64,000 bases of DNA from a virus (Duplodnaviria; Heunggongvirae; Uroviricota; Caudoviricetes). Within the stretch, counting starts at the first letter, position 1. Each line of letters starts with the position of its first letter. Shown one piece after another: positions 46,269-55,564 of this stretch. The stretch covers positions 268,263-332,262 of IMG/VR virus record IMGVR_UViG_3300020429_000539. One strand, written 5' to 3'. The position numbers and the translations under genes were made by a program. The notes beneath the pieces were generated by a model. That model was not told the DNA's origin and made no database searches. It worked only from the letters and a program-made list of their open reading frames with translations.

Positions 46269-48962
46269 ATGAACTTCTTCCGAAAAATCATCAACTCGGT
46301 TGCTAAAAGACAAGTCATTGCAGATATGTATGACGAGCCCAGTCAACCGATGCAGCCAAGAGTAGTTGCGCCACAAATGCCTGCGCCTGAGACCGAAGTG
46401 CCACAAGACGTTCAGCCTGAGCAAGCTGTCCAGCCTAAGCCTACCTATACTCGTGATAAGAGTCGTCGTCAGCGTATGCAGCGTATGCGAGACATGGACC
46501 AAAGTCGAGGCATGGAAAAAGAAGAGGGCTATCTTGGTTATACAGCCAAGGAGTTTACAACTGTTCTTCCGATGATGATGGACAATCTCAAGATGTTCTT
46601 TACTCCTGGCATGAGTATTGCAGAAGTCTATGACCTGCATGAAATTAGTCCTGATTTTCAGAGTCTTTTTCCGGAAGAGTTTCTTGATGACTATTGGGCT
46701 CCATTACTTAACGAGGCTCTTATCCGTCTTGATAAACAGTCTTCTCAGCAGCAGCAAGAGCCGCAAGATGTTCCTTCGGTTGTAGAGCCGGGCGATGCTT
46801 CAAGGTTGCAGCAACCACAGCAGCTTAAGATATATGATGAAACTGAGATGAAGGCTTGGATTGAGACGAACATGGTCTCGTCTCGTGAAGTTCCTGCCGA
46901 GATTCGCGAAGTTCCCGAGAACTGGGCTATGTTTCAGCAGGTCTCGAAGGCTATCGAGATGGAGCGAGTCGATGCTGTCCGCTCAGAAGAGCAGAAGCGA
47001 GTTGAAGAAGAGATGGCAATGCTTCGGGGCAACTCTCCAACAGAGATTGCTGATGCTGTCATTAACCAGCTTATTATGTCAAATCCAGAATACATGAAGC
47101 AGCTAGCTAGCGACCCAAGATTCGGTAAGAACACTGATGACTGGACGCTTGACCTTGCTGACTATGTATTTAAAGGCGTTCCAGATGGCGTTAGTAATAC
47201 AGGAGCGAAAGATTTCCGTATTCGCTTCTTTTTAGAGCCCAAGGGAGGTCAAGGCGGGGGCAAGGTGAAGGAGGTCTCTGTTGACCAGTCCAATCTTGAC
47301 CTTGCTCCCCCTCATGTCCGTGAGTGGATGGAAGCTAACTATCCGACTTATAATCTTGACAGCAGCGATGTTTATAGGGCTTTATATGATAACTTCATTG
47401 AAGACCTCAGTTATCAGTTGTTAGAAATTATCGACCCCAATCAGGCTGTATACGATGAATATGGTGAGATTGATGAGGAAGGCAAAGCTCGCCAGCATGA
47501 CCGAATCTGGAACTTTATTGCACGCAAGCTGCAATCAAAGACCAAAGAGCGTCGCATGAAGGAGCGTGGCGAAGCCGAACAGCAGGGTACGGGCGAGGAA
47601 AGCGCACCGTCTCTTGAACAAACTATTGAACAAGAGCAGCCTAGGGCCGATGCCGCGAAGATGTCGGAAGAAGACCGTGTAAAATACATGGAGAGTATCT
47701 TTGGCAACCTTGCGAGCATGGGCGACATGGTTAAGGATTTGTCTCGCGAAGTTAGAGATCACATCTTTGATAAATATGGCATGGATGAGGTTGTAACTGC
47801 TCCGAATGGCAAGCAGTCAACAAACTCGGCTTTCTATGCTGCTATTGCTGCCGACGCCGCAGGCGACCTAGCAGCCAAGGCGCTGCACGGTTGGCACGAG
47901 CAGATTGGTAATCAGAGTCTATCGCCAGCCGAAATCAAAAAACTAACCGAAGGTAAGCCGGTTACAAGGCGTCCGAAGCGCCGTCCGGCTGATATGACTG
48001 ATGAGGAGTTTGCTGAACGCGCAAGACTCGGAAACTTGGTATTTGACCCAAGCGCTGAAAACGATTGGTCTTCTATAAACTGGTATAAACTTGTTCCCAA
48101 CTCATTAATGTATGAGCAGATGCAAGCCGCAAGGTCGGGCTCCCTAGAGCCAGACCCAGATGACCCAAACAGCTATCGCAATCTAATACCAAAGCTTAAT
48201 AGCTGGAGAGGCCGTGATTTTGAAAGCATGACAGGCGAGCTAAAAGACCAAAGTCTTTTTGGTTATGCTGCGCAAAGTATCGCGGAGACTGTGGAAGAGT
48301 TCGTGATGGACGAGGCTTTTAAGAAGTATCCCAAGAATGTTATCTTGGCTTTCTTAGATGCAAATAAAGCATATTCAGGTTTGCAGAGCGCGGCTCGCTA
48401 TACTGTATTCAACGAGCAAGGCGATAGAGACCGCCGAGAGTTGTTAACTCACATGCTGTCGGGCGAGGGGTATGAGATGCCCGAAGACAGCATGAAGCGG
48501 CTTAATCAGTATCTTGAGCAAAAAGGGCTTCAAGGCGCAGTAAATCCTGAGATTGTTAATACATTGCCTTCTGATGTCGTCAATCATATTGTGCAACCTG
48601 AAGTTGCGCGTCTCAAGAAACAAGATTTTGATCGTCGTGTAGGCATGGGGCTGTGGGACTCTGTTGCCAATATCTTGTCTCTACCGGGAGAGTATGATGA
48701 TGAGTCTCCTGTTGGAACTAAAGAACAGCGCGAAGAGTGGAATCGTATGAGAAGAGAGTATCTTGGAACCAAGGCTCCTCGCCGTCGTCGTGCATCTATC
48801 GCATACGAGATTATCAAGATTGCTCTTACTCGCCTCGAAGATTTGCAGCGGCTCAAGACAAGCATGTCGAAGTTTGCTGATACGAGCATGGTCGATGCTG
48901 ATATCGCTAGAACTAGGCTACAGGCCAAGATTGCTCTACGTATCTTGAAGGAAGAGTTATGA
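46269..48962 (+). CDS. Large acidic protein, candidate internal/ejected head protein
   Basis: 897 aa. Basic termini (RRRAS, IKIAL, SKFAD) flank an acidic core. Confidence 0.7.
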   Translation: MNFFRKIINSVAKRQVIADMYDEPSQPMQPRVVAPQMPAPETEVPQDVQPEQAVQPKPTYTRDKSRRQRMQRMRDMDQSRGMEKEEGYLGYTAKEFTTVLPMMMDNLKMFFTPGMSIAEVYDLHEISPDFQSLFPEEFLDDYWAPLLNEALIRLDKQSSQQQQEPQDVPSVVEPGDASRLQQPQQLKIYDETEMKAWIETNMVSSREVPAEIREVPENWAMFQQVSKAIEMERVDAVRSEEQKRVEEEMAMLRGNSPTEIADAVINQLIMSNPEYMKQLASDPRFGKNTDDWTLDLADYVFKGVPDGVSNTGAKDFRIRFFLEPKGGQGGGKVKEVSVDQSNLDLAPPHVREWMEANYPTYNLDSSDVYRALYDNFIEDLSYQLLEIIDPNQAVYDEYGEIDEEGKARQHDRIWNFIARKLQSKTKERRMKERGEAEQQGTGEESAPSLEQTIEQEQPRADAAKMSEEDRVKYMESIFGNLASMGDMVKDLSREVRDHIFDKYGMDEVVTAPNGKQSTNSAFYAAIAADAAGDLAAKALHGWHEQIGNQSLSPAEIKKLTEGKPVTRRPKRRPADMTDEEFAERARLGNLVFDPSAENDWSSINWYKLVPNSLMYEQMQAARSGSLEPDPDDPNSYRNLIPKLNSWRGRDFESMTGELKDQSLFGYAAQSIAETVEEFVMDEAFKKYPKNVILAFLDANKAYSGLQSAARYTVFNEQGDRDRRELLTHMLSGEGYEMPEDSMKRLNQYLEQKGLQGAVNPEIVNTLPSDVVNHIVQPEVARLKKQDFDRRVGMGLWDSVANILSLPGEYDDESPVGTKEQREEWNRMRREYLGTKAPRRRRASIAYEIIKIALTRLEDLQRLKTSMSKFADTSMVDADIARTRLQAKIALRILKEEL

Positions 48963-49132
48963 ATGTTACCTGTGTTTGCGATAAATGCAGGCATCACGAA
49001 TCTGAGCCTGTTATAGAAATCAACTTTGCTGAGGGCAAGATATTTTGGTATTGTCCTGAATGCAAGAAGATGAACGAAATAGCTATAGAAGCAAAGCCGC
49101 AACCTTTGCCAAGGATAAGAACAAGACGATGA
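48959..49132 (+). CDS. 57-aa zinc-ribbon protein (missing from the ORF track)
   Basis: MNVTCVCDKCRHH...WYCPECKKMNE...RTRR. ATGA overlaps at both ends. Confidence 0.75.
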   Translation: MNVTCVCDKCRHHESEPVIEINFAEGKIFWYCPECKKMNEIAIEAKPQPLPRIRTRR

Positions 49133-49728
49133 CGTTTATTGTCAAAAATACGACGAGACACGAAATATCTCTAGGCGACCTTAGAGCAGCTATTCAGCCA
49201 GGCAAAACAGAGGACTTGGATAGGCTTGCCTCTAGGCATGTTATTGACCAGTCAAACGATTTGCGGATAGCCGTTCGTCGTGGCGCTCTAAAGGTTCTAA
49301 AAAAGGACGAGCCCGGCGCTCCTACAGCCTTGAGACAGCAAGCAATCGAAGTCCATAAAGAACAGACGAATGAAGAAGTTCTTAAGCAAATGCAAGAGAT
49401 GGAGAAGCGGCTGACTGCCAGAATGAATGCCCAAGTAAGCAAGCATCTTGATAGTCCGCAGGGTCAAGGAATGGACCCGGAAGCAATACAGCAGCTAAAC
49501 TCTGCAATACAGGCGTTGCAGAGCATTACAGGAGGCATAGTTCCTCAGCAACAGAAGACCGTTGCTGATAATGTAGAGACAGAAATTCCGGATGATACTT
49601 CTGTTGAAATACACAGTCGCACGATTGATAGGTTGACTAAGGGCTCTAAGGGTCAAATCAAGCAAGATAAAATCAAGGGTTCCTCAAACGTCGATAAGAA
49701 TATTGATGAACTTGAAGGTTTTCTATGA
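49129..49728 (+). CDS. Beta-module plus coiled-coil protein, possible adaptor of the actin-like ATPase
   Basis: Start ATG 49129 (MTFIVKNTT). Coiled coil EEVLKQMQEMEKRL. Confidence 0.7.
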   Translation: MTFIVKNTTRHEISLGDLRAAIQPGKTEDLDRLASRHVIDQSNDLRIAVRRGALKVLKKDEPGAPTALRQQAIEVHKEQTNEEVLKQMQEMEKRLTARMNAQVSKHLDSPQGQGMDPEAIQQLNSAIQALQSITGGIVPQQQKTVADNVETEIPDDTSVEIHSRTIDRLTKGSKGQIKQDKIKGSSNVDKNIDELEGFL

Positions 49729-49736
49729 GGAGGTAG

Positions 49737-50774
49737 ATGATGAGCAGAGCAGTGGGAGTGGACTGTGGGACAATGTTTTTCCAAGTCGCAGAAAAAGATG
49801 GAGATGACCTTTCTTTCAAGGTGGTTCGCAATGCCTTCGTGGAGCTTCCTGCATCTGAGGATGCAGAGGATATTCTCTCGCGCAATGGATGGCAGTATGT
49901 CAAGGATGGTAACTCGTATTATGTCATCGGCGATGATGCAATGCAGGTTGCCAATATCTTTCCTGGCAAAGCCGAAGTAAGACGACCCTTGCAGGATGGC
50001 GTTCTCAATAAGAACGAAGACAAAAAGTTGCTTGTGCTTGCTGAGATTATTCGACAAGCTGTTGGAGAAGGCGATGGCGACAACTCATGGGTATGCACTT
50101 GTGTATCGTCGGCGTCTGTTGATGGCTCTGCTGACAGCGTATTTCATAGGCAGCGGTTAGAAGCGTTATTCAAAAGGCTTGGTTGGAATGTCAAAATCCT
50201 TGAAGAGGGCCATGCGGTTATTCTGTCGGAACGACCAGTGGTTGTGGAAGATGGCGAAGAGATTGCCTATAGCGGCATAGGCGTAAGCTTCGGCGCTGGA
50301 CGAGCAAACTGTGTTCTAGCTTATCGCGGCCTTCCTGTCATCGGAATGAGTGTCGCCAGGAGCGGTGATTGGGTAGATAAAATGGTTTCTGAGCAGACAG
50401 GCGTTCCATTGTCTCAAGTCATTGCCACCAAGGAAAAGAAGCTAGATTTCGAGAATATAGACTTTGATGATGATGTTCAGTTTGCTCTAGATGCGTATTA
50501 TGACCAGCTTATTCGCCATGTATTTACGCATTTTGGCAAGAAGTTTTCTTCAGAAAAAAGCCAGTTCAATGCGCCGCTTGATATTGTAGTTGCAGGCGGA
50601 ACCTCGATGCCCAATGGTTTTACCAAGAAGGTTGAAAAGGTAGTCAGAGGGCTTGACCTTCCTTTTGAAATTAAGGAGGTTAGAGGGGCCGCGAGTCCGC
50701 GAACTGCTGTTGTAGAGGGTTTATATGCGTCCGCTGTAGTCGCACAGAAAAAGGCCGCTAAAGAGACTGATTGA
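49737..50774 (+). CDS. Actin-like ATPase (ParM/MreB/MamK superfamily)
   Basis: Phosphate-1 VGVDCGT, YYVIGDDA, RRPLQDGV, connect EEGHAV, phosphate-2 GVSFGAG, adenosine VVAGGTS. Confidence 0.85.
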   Translation: MMSRAVGVDCGTMFFQVAEKDGDDLSFKVVRNAFVELPASEDAEDILSRNGWQYVKDGNSYYVIGDDAMQVANIFPGKAEVRRPLQDGVLNKNEDKKLLVLAEIIRQAVGEGDGDNSWVCTCVSSASVDGSADSVFHRQRLEALFKRLGWNVKILEEGHAVILSERPVVVEDGEEIAYSGIGVSFGAGRANCVLAYRGLPVIGMSVARSGDWVDKMVSEQTGVPLSQVIATKEKKLDFENIDFDDDVQFALDAYYDQLIRHVFTHFGKKFSSEKSQFNAPLDIVVAGGTSMPNGFTKKVEKVVRGLDLPFEIKEVRGAASPRTAVVEGLYASAVVAQKKAAKETD

Positions 50775-50782
50775 GAGAGTAA

Positions 50783-51508
50783 ATGGGTTACGCAACACAA
50801 CAACTAGTTACAGATATACTTGCTCAAGCCCTAACCTCTGCCACAAGCAGCGTGGTTAATGGCAATGCTGTGTCGTTGAATTCTATTGGAAGTGTTACAA
50901 ACCCGAATGCTATTTCGTCTGATACTATCAATCAATACATAACTTGGGCAGATGAAGAAGTAGATGGCGTATTGAGCGAAATGTATGCCGTCCCGCTGTG
51001 CGAGAAGGCAGACCTCGAAATGAGGCTCATTTTTGATGTCAATGAATATAACTCAGATATTGAATTAACTAAGGCTTTGAATCTTGTTCCTGGTGATGTC
51101 CTTGTATTTATTGATGCCTCACAAGAAGAACGTCATACGGTTGAGACCGTTGTTAATAATACGACGGTCGAGCTATCAAGTACACTTGTTGGTATGTATG
51201 ATGCAAGCGAGACTCGCGTTCTTCGTGTCAAATATCCTGCACCTATCGCTTTAATATCTGCCCGTCTTGCAGCAGCTAACATTTACGATAAGTACTTCTC
51301 AGCAGAGGTCTCGCCTAATCAAAGCGAATACGGCAAGCATTTGCGGGCGATGGCGCGTAGAGATTTTAACAACATACTCAATGGCCGCACTGTTCTTCAT
51401 GGTCAAAGGCGAATCGGGCACCGCTTCTTCAATCCCAATTTGCGAGACCGCTATAGATTACCTGGTGCTGATTCTGATGGTAGCCGAGATATCGGAGAAA
51501 CATCATGA
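50783..51508 (+). CDS. Head-tail adaptor (Mu gp36/DUF1320-like) with inserted beta domain
   Basis: MGYAT start, INQYITWADEEVDGVL..Y.VPL, PAPIALISARLAAANIY. Confidence 0.7.
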   Translation: MGYATQQLVTDILAQALTSATSSVVNGNAVSLNSIGSVTNPNAISSDTINQYITWADEEVDGVLSEMYAVPLCEKADLEMRLIFDVNEYNSDIELTKALNLVPGDVLVFIDASQEERHTVETVVNNTTVELSSTLVGMYDASETRVLRVKYPAPIALISARLAAANIYDKYFSAEVSPNQSEYGKHLRAMARRDFNNILNGRTVLHGQRRIGHRFFNPNLRDRYRLPGADSDGSRDIGETS

Positions 51509-51777
51509 ATAATGACGGTAAGGGTCAATGGGATAAGTTTACCGAACAGATTCGTCGCATCAAGATGCTCAATGGCACAGAAATAAAAGCTGGTAGTGTG
51601 ATGACTCCTGCCGGTGTTAAACTTAGCAAAACACGGGAAGAGGCAGTTCGTCAAGGTCGCGTAGATTCGCTCAAACGAGGAGAAGGCTTCAAGCTTCAGC
51701 GAGGAGAAGATATTGACAGAGCGACCGAGCAGCTTGCCCAAGATTACGTGGATGATTTATTGAATAGACTGATATGA
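51505..51777 (+). CDS. Hypothetical protein
   Basis: 90 aa with ATGA overlaps. Confidence 0.6.
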   Translation: MNNDGKGQWDKFTEQIRRIKMLNGTEIKAGSVMTPAGVKLSKTREEAVRQGRVDSLKRGEGFKLQRGEDIDRATEQLAQDYVDDLLNRLI

Positions 51778-52703
51778 GCAATAAGAAACCAACAATAGAG
51801 CTTCTCGAATCTATCCGACGAATTGTGTATCGCTGGGTCAATACGCAGACTCCGCTTACTGCCGATGTCGCGTTTGGAGCTACGACGCTTTATGTTGAAT
51901 CCACGAAGCGATGGGCTAAGGGAGATCAGCTTGCAATTATTGATTACGAGCGAGAGGTTCATGAGCCTTTTCTCGTGGTTGATGAAGTAGTTGATGATAC
52001 CACTCTAACCCTTTCGACGCCTATTCAAGTCAATGCAGGTTGGACGGTAGCGAACAACTCGGTTATCCGCAAGACTCACAATGGTAAGCTTATGGAAGGA
52101 ATCTACATCGGAGACCCTGCCGTGATTCCGCAGTATCCTGCAATCACCATTATGGAGCAGAGCCGTTCTTCAAACTTTGAAGCTCTTAATTTGACTAAGG
52201 AAAATCATAGCATACAGATTGCCTCGTTCACACAGGCGACCAATAATGAAGATAGCTACCGTTTTCTTTTAAGCATCACAGATAATATCGAGAGAGGTCT
52301 AAAGAACAACTTTTATCCTTTTGTGGGTTCTTATGAGCAAACTCAAATAACCGCAGATATCGCGGCAGGAGACCGCGTTATCAAGGTTGCCGATTCGAGC
52401 ATTTTTGAGCCAGGCCGCCATGTTCTACTTGACAGTCTGCACAGGTCCGAAGAAAGCGCAGTCAAATGCATTATTGATGCAACAACTATTGAGCTTCATG
52501 CTCCATTTATGAATGCATATACTTCAAGTAGCAGTTTACAACTTATTGCTATGACTCGTTTTTTCTATAACTCTTGGCCTGCCGATATTGATTATGGATT
52601 TATTCATAAAGGTTCGCTTTTGCATGCGTCTACAATAAGTTACTTCGCATGGGAGGCCGAGATTCAGGAACAGGGTGGCTGGCTTGACCCCGTATTGAGC
52701 TAA
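51774..52703 (+). CDS. Putative tail terminator / completion protein with two inserted beta domains
   Basis: GDPAVIPQYPAITI core. TPLTADVAFGATTLYVES and TQITADIAAGDRVIKVADS repeats. Confidence 0.6.
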   Translation: MSNKKPTIELLESIRRIVYRWVNTQTPLTADVAFGATTLYVESTKRWAKGDQLAIIDYEREVHEPFLVVDEVVDDTTLTLSTPIQVNAGWTVANNSVIRKTHNGKLMEGIYIGDPAVIPQYPAITIMEQSRSSNFEALNLTKENHSIQIASFTQATNNEDSYRFLLSITDNIERGLKNNFYPFVGSYEQTQITADIAAGDRVIKVADSSIFEPGRHVLLDSLHRSEESAVKCIIDATTIELHAPFMNAYTSSSSLQLIAMTRFFYNSWPADIDYGFIHKGSLLHASTISYFAWEAEIQEQGGWLDPVLS

Positions 52704-52713
52704 GGATACAACG

Positions 52714-53742
52714 ATGGCTATAGAGACACAGACAAGGGCTCCAGGGCAGGTTACTCAATCAGGTGGCGAAGTTGACTGGACAAATATCAACAACACTCTA
52801 ACTTATCCTGCCGGTTTTGCGGCGGGCAGCATTAACTCATCCCCATCCATAGATACCACTCAATACCTTGTATGGACAAATTTTGGCTTTTCATTTGACC
52901 CGCTTTCTACTCTTGAAGGTATAGAAATTGAGTATGGCTTGGTTCATGCAAATACCACAATCGCTTTTTCTGTTAGTGCGAACATACGACTCAATGATTC
53001 AAGCACATCTACTGTATCTACTTCTTCCACGGCTTCTCCATCGGGCACAAACGTATCAAAGACAGCAGGAGGAGTAGGTAGCTTTTTATCAGGTCTTTCA
53101 ACAAAAGACATATTCAATCCGACCTTTGGTTTCCGTCAGCAGTGTAGACTTGTCACAGGCTTGGGGACTGTTCAGTTTAGGCATTACGGCATGGAGATGA
53201 CAATTTATTATTCTCCTCCAACCGGAACCGTTCTGTCTAGTAGCGCCAGACCTGTTCGCATAGGCAACTCTCCGATACGGGCAATACAGTCTTCTTCAGG
53301 AGCATATAGGCCTGGCTTTGATGTTGCATCAAACTATAACACTCGTTCATCTTCTAAGTTGCTTATTGGTGGAGTACCAATTTCTGTATACGAGTCTTCC
53401 TCAGGTTCGCGAGCCTTAGCTGTTTACGATGTCGATGGCTCTCTTGACGGAGCCCTGTCTTTGTCAAGTAACAGCTTTGTATATCAAGGTACGAGATTTT
53501 CTTACTTAGAAAACGGAACTCATAGAGTCATGCATGCGACGCTCGGCGGCGAAAGAAGTGTTGATACCACGACATACTCTATATGGCAAGGTATCCCCAT
53601 CGCAACAAATGCTTTCGGCGACCTTGTTTGCAAGAAACTGAGCGGAACCGTGACTCAGACTCGACGATTTTCTCTTGGTGGAACACCCCTGACGGCTGTG
53701 CTTGTTGGCGACGATTGGGCGATTGCTGTCTCTGATGTATGA
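52714..53742 (+). CDS. Structural protein (S/T-rich)
   Basis: 342 aa, beta-rich. TNFGFS..LEGIEIE motif. Confidence 0.6.
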   Translation: MAIETQTRAPGQVTQSGGEVDWTNINNTLTYPAGFAAGSINSSPSIDTTQYLVWTNFGFSFDPLSTLEGIEIEYGLVHANTTIAFSVSANIRLNDSSTSTVSTSSTASPSGTNVSKTAGGVGSFLSGLSTKDIFNPTFGFRQQCRLVTGLGTVQFRHYGMEMTIYYSPPTGTVLSSSARPVRIGNSPIRAIQSSSGAYRPGFDVASNYNTRSSSKLLIGGVPISVYESSSGSRALAVYDVDGSLDGALSLSSNSFVYQGTRFSYLENGTHRVMHATLGGERSVDTTTYSIWQGIPIATNAFGDLVCKKLSGTVTQTRRFSLGGTPLTAVLVGDDWAIAVSDV

Positions 53743-53767
53743 CGATATCCTCTATAGGAGGTCTGAG

Positions 53768-54979
53768 ATGAAGATACTAACTGTTAGCGCGTCCCCGTAT
53801 TTGCTTGTTCGTAATGGGCGAATGAATGCTGCTGTTATTGAGGAACTCAAAGCAGAAGGCCATGAGGTCTCTACGGCAGCGTGGCATCACGATGAGGGTT
53901 TTTTCTTGCCCGAGGAAGGTGGCGCTCATTGGTATGAGATTAACGGAGAAAACGCTGTTCCTATTATTCCTTTCGAGCCACAAGCTCAGGGTTCGGGCGC
54001 TCTTTACGAAATCATGAAACAAGTCCATCCCGATGTTGTTATTTCGATAGGCGATTACAAGGAAACTGACTTCATTTGGGATATCAAGGCGATGTATCCG
54101 AATTTATTCAAATGGATTGCTGTAATCTGCGTGGACTGCCTTTATGTTAACGAGCAGCACAAGTCAAATATAGAGTATGCCGACAAGGTAATTTCAGTCA
54201 ATGATTTTGGATTGGCAACCCTGACTGGGTTGTGTAATATTGATGCAGAGATGATTCCATTCGGTATCAAGCAAGATATATTTACTGATGAGGGACGAGA
54301 ATCCCGTGATGAGACAGTTGTAATTTGCTCTGCTAAGAATGCGCAGGCGAGTAACATAGCCGCTTTTATTGCGGCGATGGGACAACTTCAGGGGTTGCTG
54401 GAGCTTACGGAACAAGAGGGAGAGTTGGTAGGAAAACTTCACACCAACCTCTATGATCCTGGGGATTATGAGCTTGAACTATTGATTGAGAGATACGGAG
54501 CTAGCAATGTATCTCTACCAAACAAGTTTGTTTCTGTCAAGGATAGTATCAGCGATGAGGAGATGGCGGACGAATATCGTTCTGCTGATTTCTTTGTAGA
54601 TTGCTCTGTAAAATGCGCAACTGCTTTGGGAATGCTCGAAGCCATGGCTTGCGGCTGTGTGCCTATTGGTATGGATATTGGGCGCGTAGGCGAGATATTG
54701 CAAGAAATGCCAGAGGAATATCGATTGGTTGTTCCTCATACAACTTTTATAGGAGCGGCAGAAGAGGAATTTTCTGTTATCTCAATAGAGGGTCTGAGAG
54801 ATGTTTTGCTGAATATTAGAGAGAGGTCCGTCAAAGACCCAGTATGGCTTCAGTCTGCTCAAGAGGCAGCCAAGGAGATTTCCCAAAAATACACAGAAGA
54901 AGCATTTGTTGACCGCCTTGTTGGGGTCATCGAGGAAGTCAAGGCTGTTGGCGATAAAATAGCTGTTGAGTCTTTCTGA
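53768..54979 (+). CDS. Glycosyltransferase family 4-like (GT-B)
   Basis: GGAGG RBS before ATG 53768 (MKILTVS). HPDVVI, and YRSADFFVD...LGMLEAMACGCVPI. Confidence 0.82.
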   Translation: MKILTVSASPYLLVRNGRMNAAVIEELKAEGHEVSTAAWHHDEGFFLPEEGGAHWYEINGENAVPIIPFEPQAQGSGALYEIMKQVHPDVVISIGDYKETDFIWDIKAMYPNLFKWIAVICVDCLYVNEQHKSNIEYADKVISVNDFGLATLTGLCNIDAEMIPFGIKQDIFTDEGRESRDETVVICSAKNAQASNIAAFIAAMGQLQGLLELTEQEGELVGKLHTNLYDPGDYELELLIERYGASNVSLPNKFVSVKDSISDEEMADEYRSADFFVDCSVKCATALGMLEAMACGCVPIGMDIGRVGEILQEMPEEYRLVVPHTTFIGAAEEEFSVISIEGLRDVLLNIRERSVKDPVWLQSAQEAAKEISQKYTEEAFVDRLVGVIEEVKAVGDKIAVESF

Positions 54980-54997
54980 AATTTTTGCTCCTCTGAG

Positions 54998-55076
54998 AAG
55001 GAGTTTCCTAGTTGAGCCTGAATTCATAGAAAGCCGGTAAGGGCTAAAAGAAGGGTTTTAGGACAAGAATCTAGAA
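54998..55076 (+). promoter_or_regulatory. Two tandem class-A promoter matches before the tail operon
   Basis: AAGG(54998)-N18-GAA(55020) and AAGG(55051)-N19-GAA(55074). Confidence 0.45.
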
Positions 55077-55126
55077 CTCTCAATAACAAGGATTTGGGGT
55101 CACGGAACTTTTGAGGAGAAATACTT

Positions 55127-55498
55127 ATGGCAGCAGTGATTTCTGTAAGCAACTATGAAACAATCGCTACGCAGTACGCGAATGCCAGAACATCAGTCCT
55201 CGCATCAGTAGATTATCTGTTTGACGCGGTTTACACAATCGTCCAGCTTGATGAAATTGAGCCAGAGGTAGACCTCTTGACTGAGTTCTGGAACAGCTAC
55301 CAGATTAACTCGGACTTGTTCCGAAATCCGGTTAGTTTTCTTTCTGCGGTTAGACGTATCAATAATCACGTCATCAACCGCTCATCGTATACAACCCTTG
55401 ATGCATGGCTAGCGGGCGAAGCAGGCACAGTTCCCCAGGCTTGGGCGACTCTCAGCGCTGCCGCAGGCTACACGATTGATGCATCGAGGATCGTCTAA
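55127..55498 (+). CDS. Hypothetical tail-associated protein, paralogue of 2123..2590
   Basis: GAGGAG RBS. Directly upstream of the tail tube gene. Confidence 0.75.
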   Translation: MAAVISVSNYETIATQYANARTSVLASVDYLFDAVYTIVQLDEIEPEVDLLTEFWNSYQINSDLFRNPVSFLSAVRRINNHVINRSSYTTLDAWLAGEAGTVPQAWATLSAAAGYTIDASRIV

Positions 55499-55564
55499 TC
55501 CACCATGAGCGCTTTGGCATGTGGATTCAGAATGTCTCTAGGAGTTAATGAGGAGTTGGTATAA

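Noticed and set aside
48959-50774. ParMRC plasmid-type partition locus
   Set aside because: No parC-like iterons or intergenic space, and no clear ribbon-helix-helix protein.
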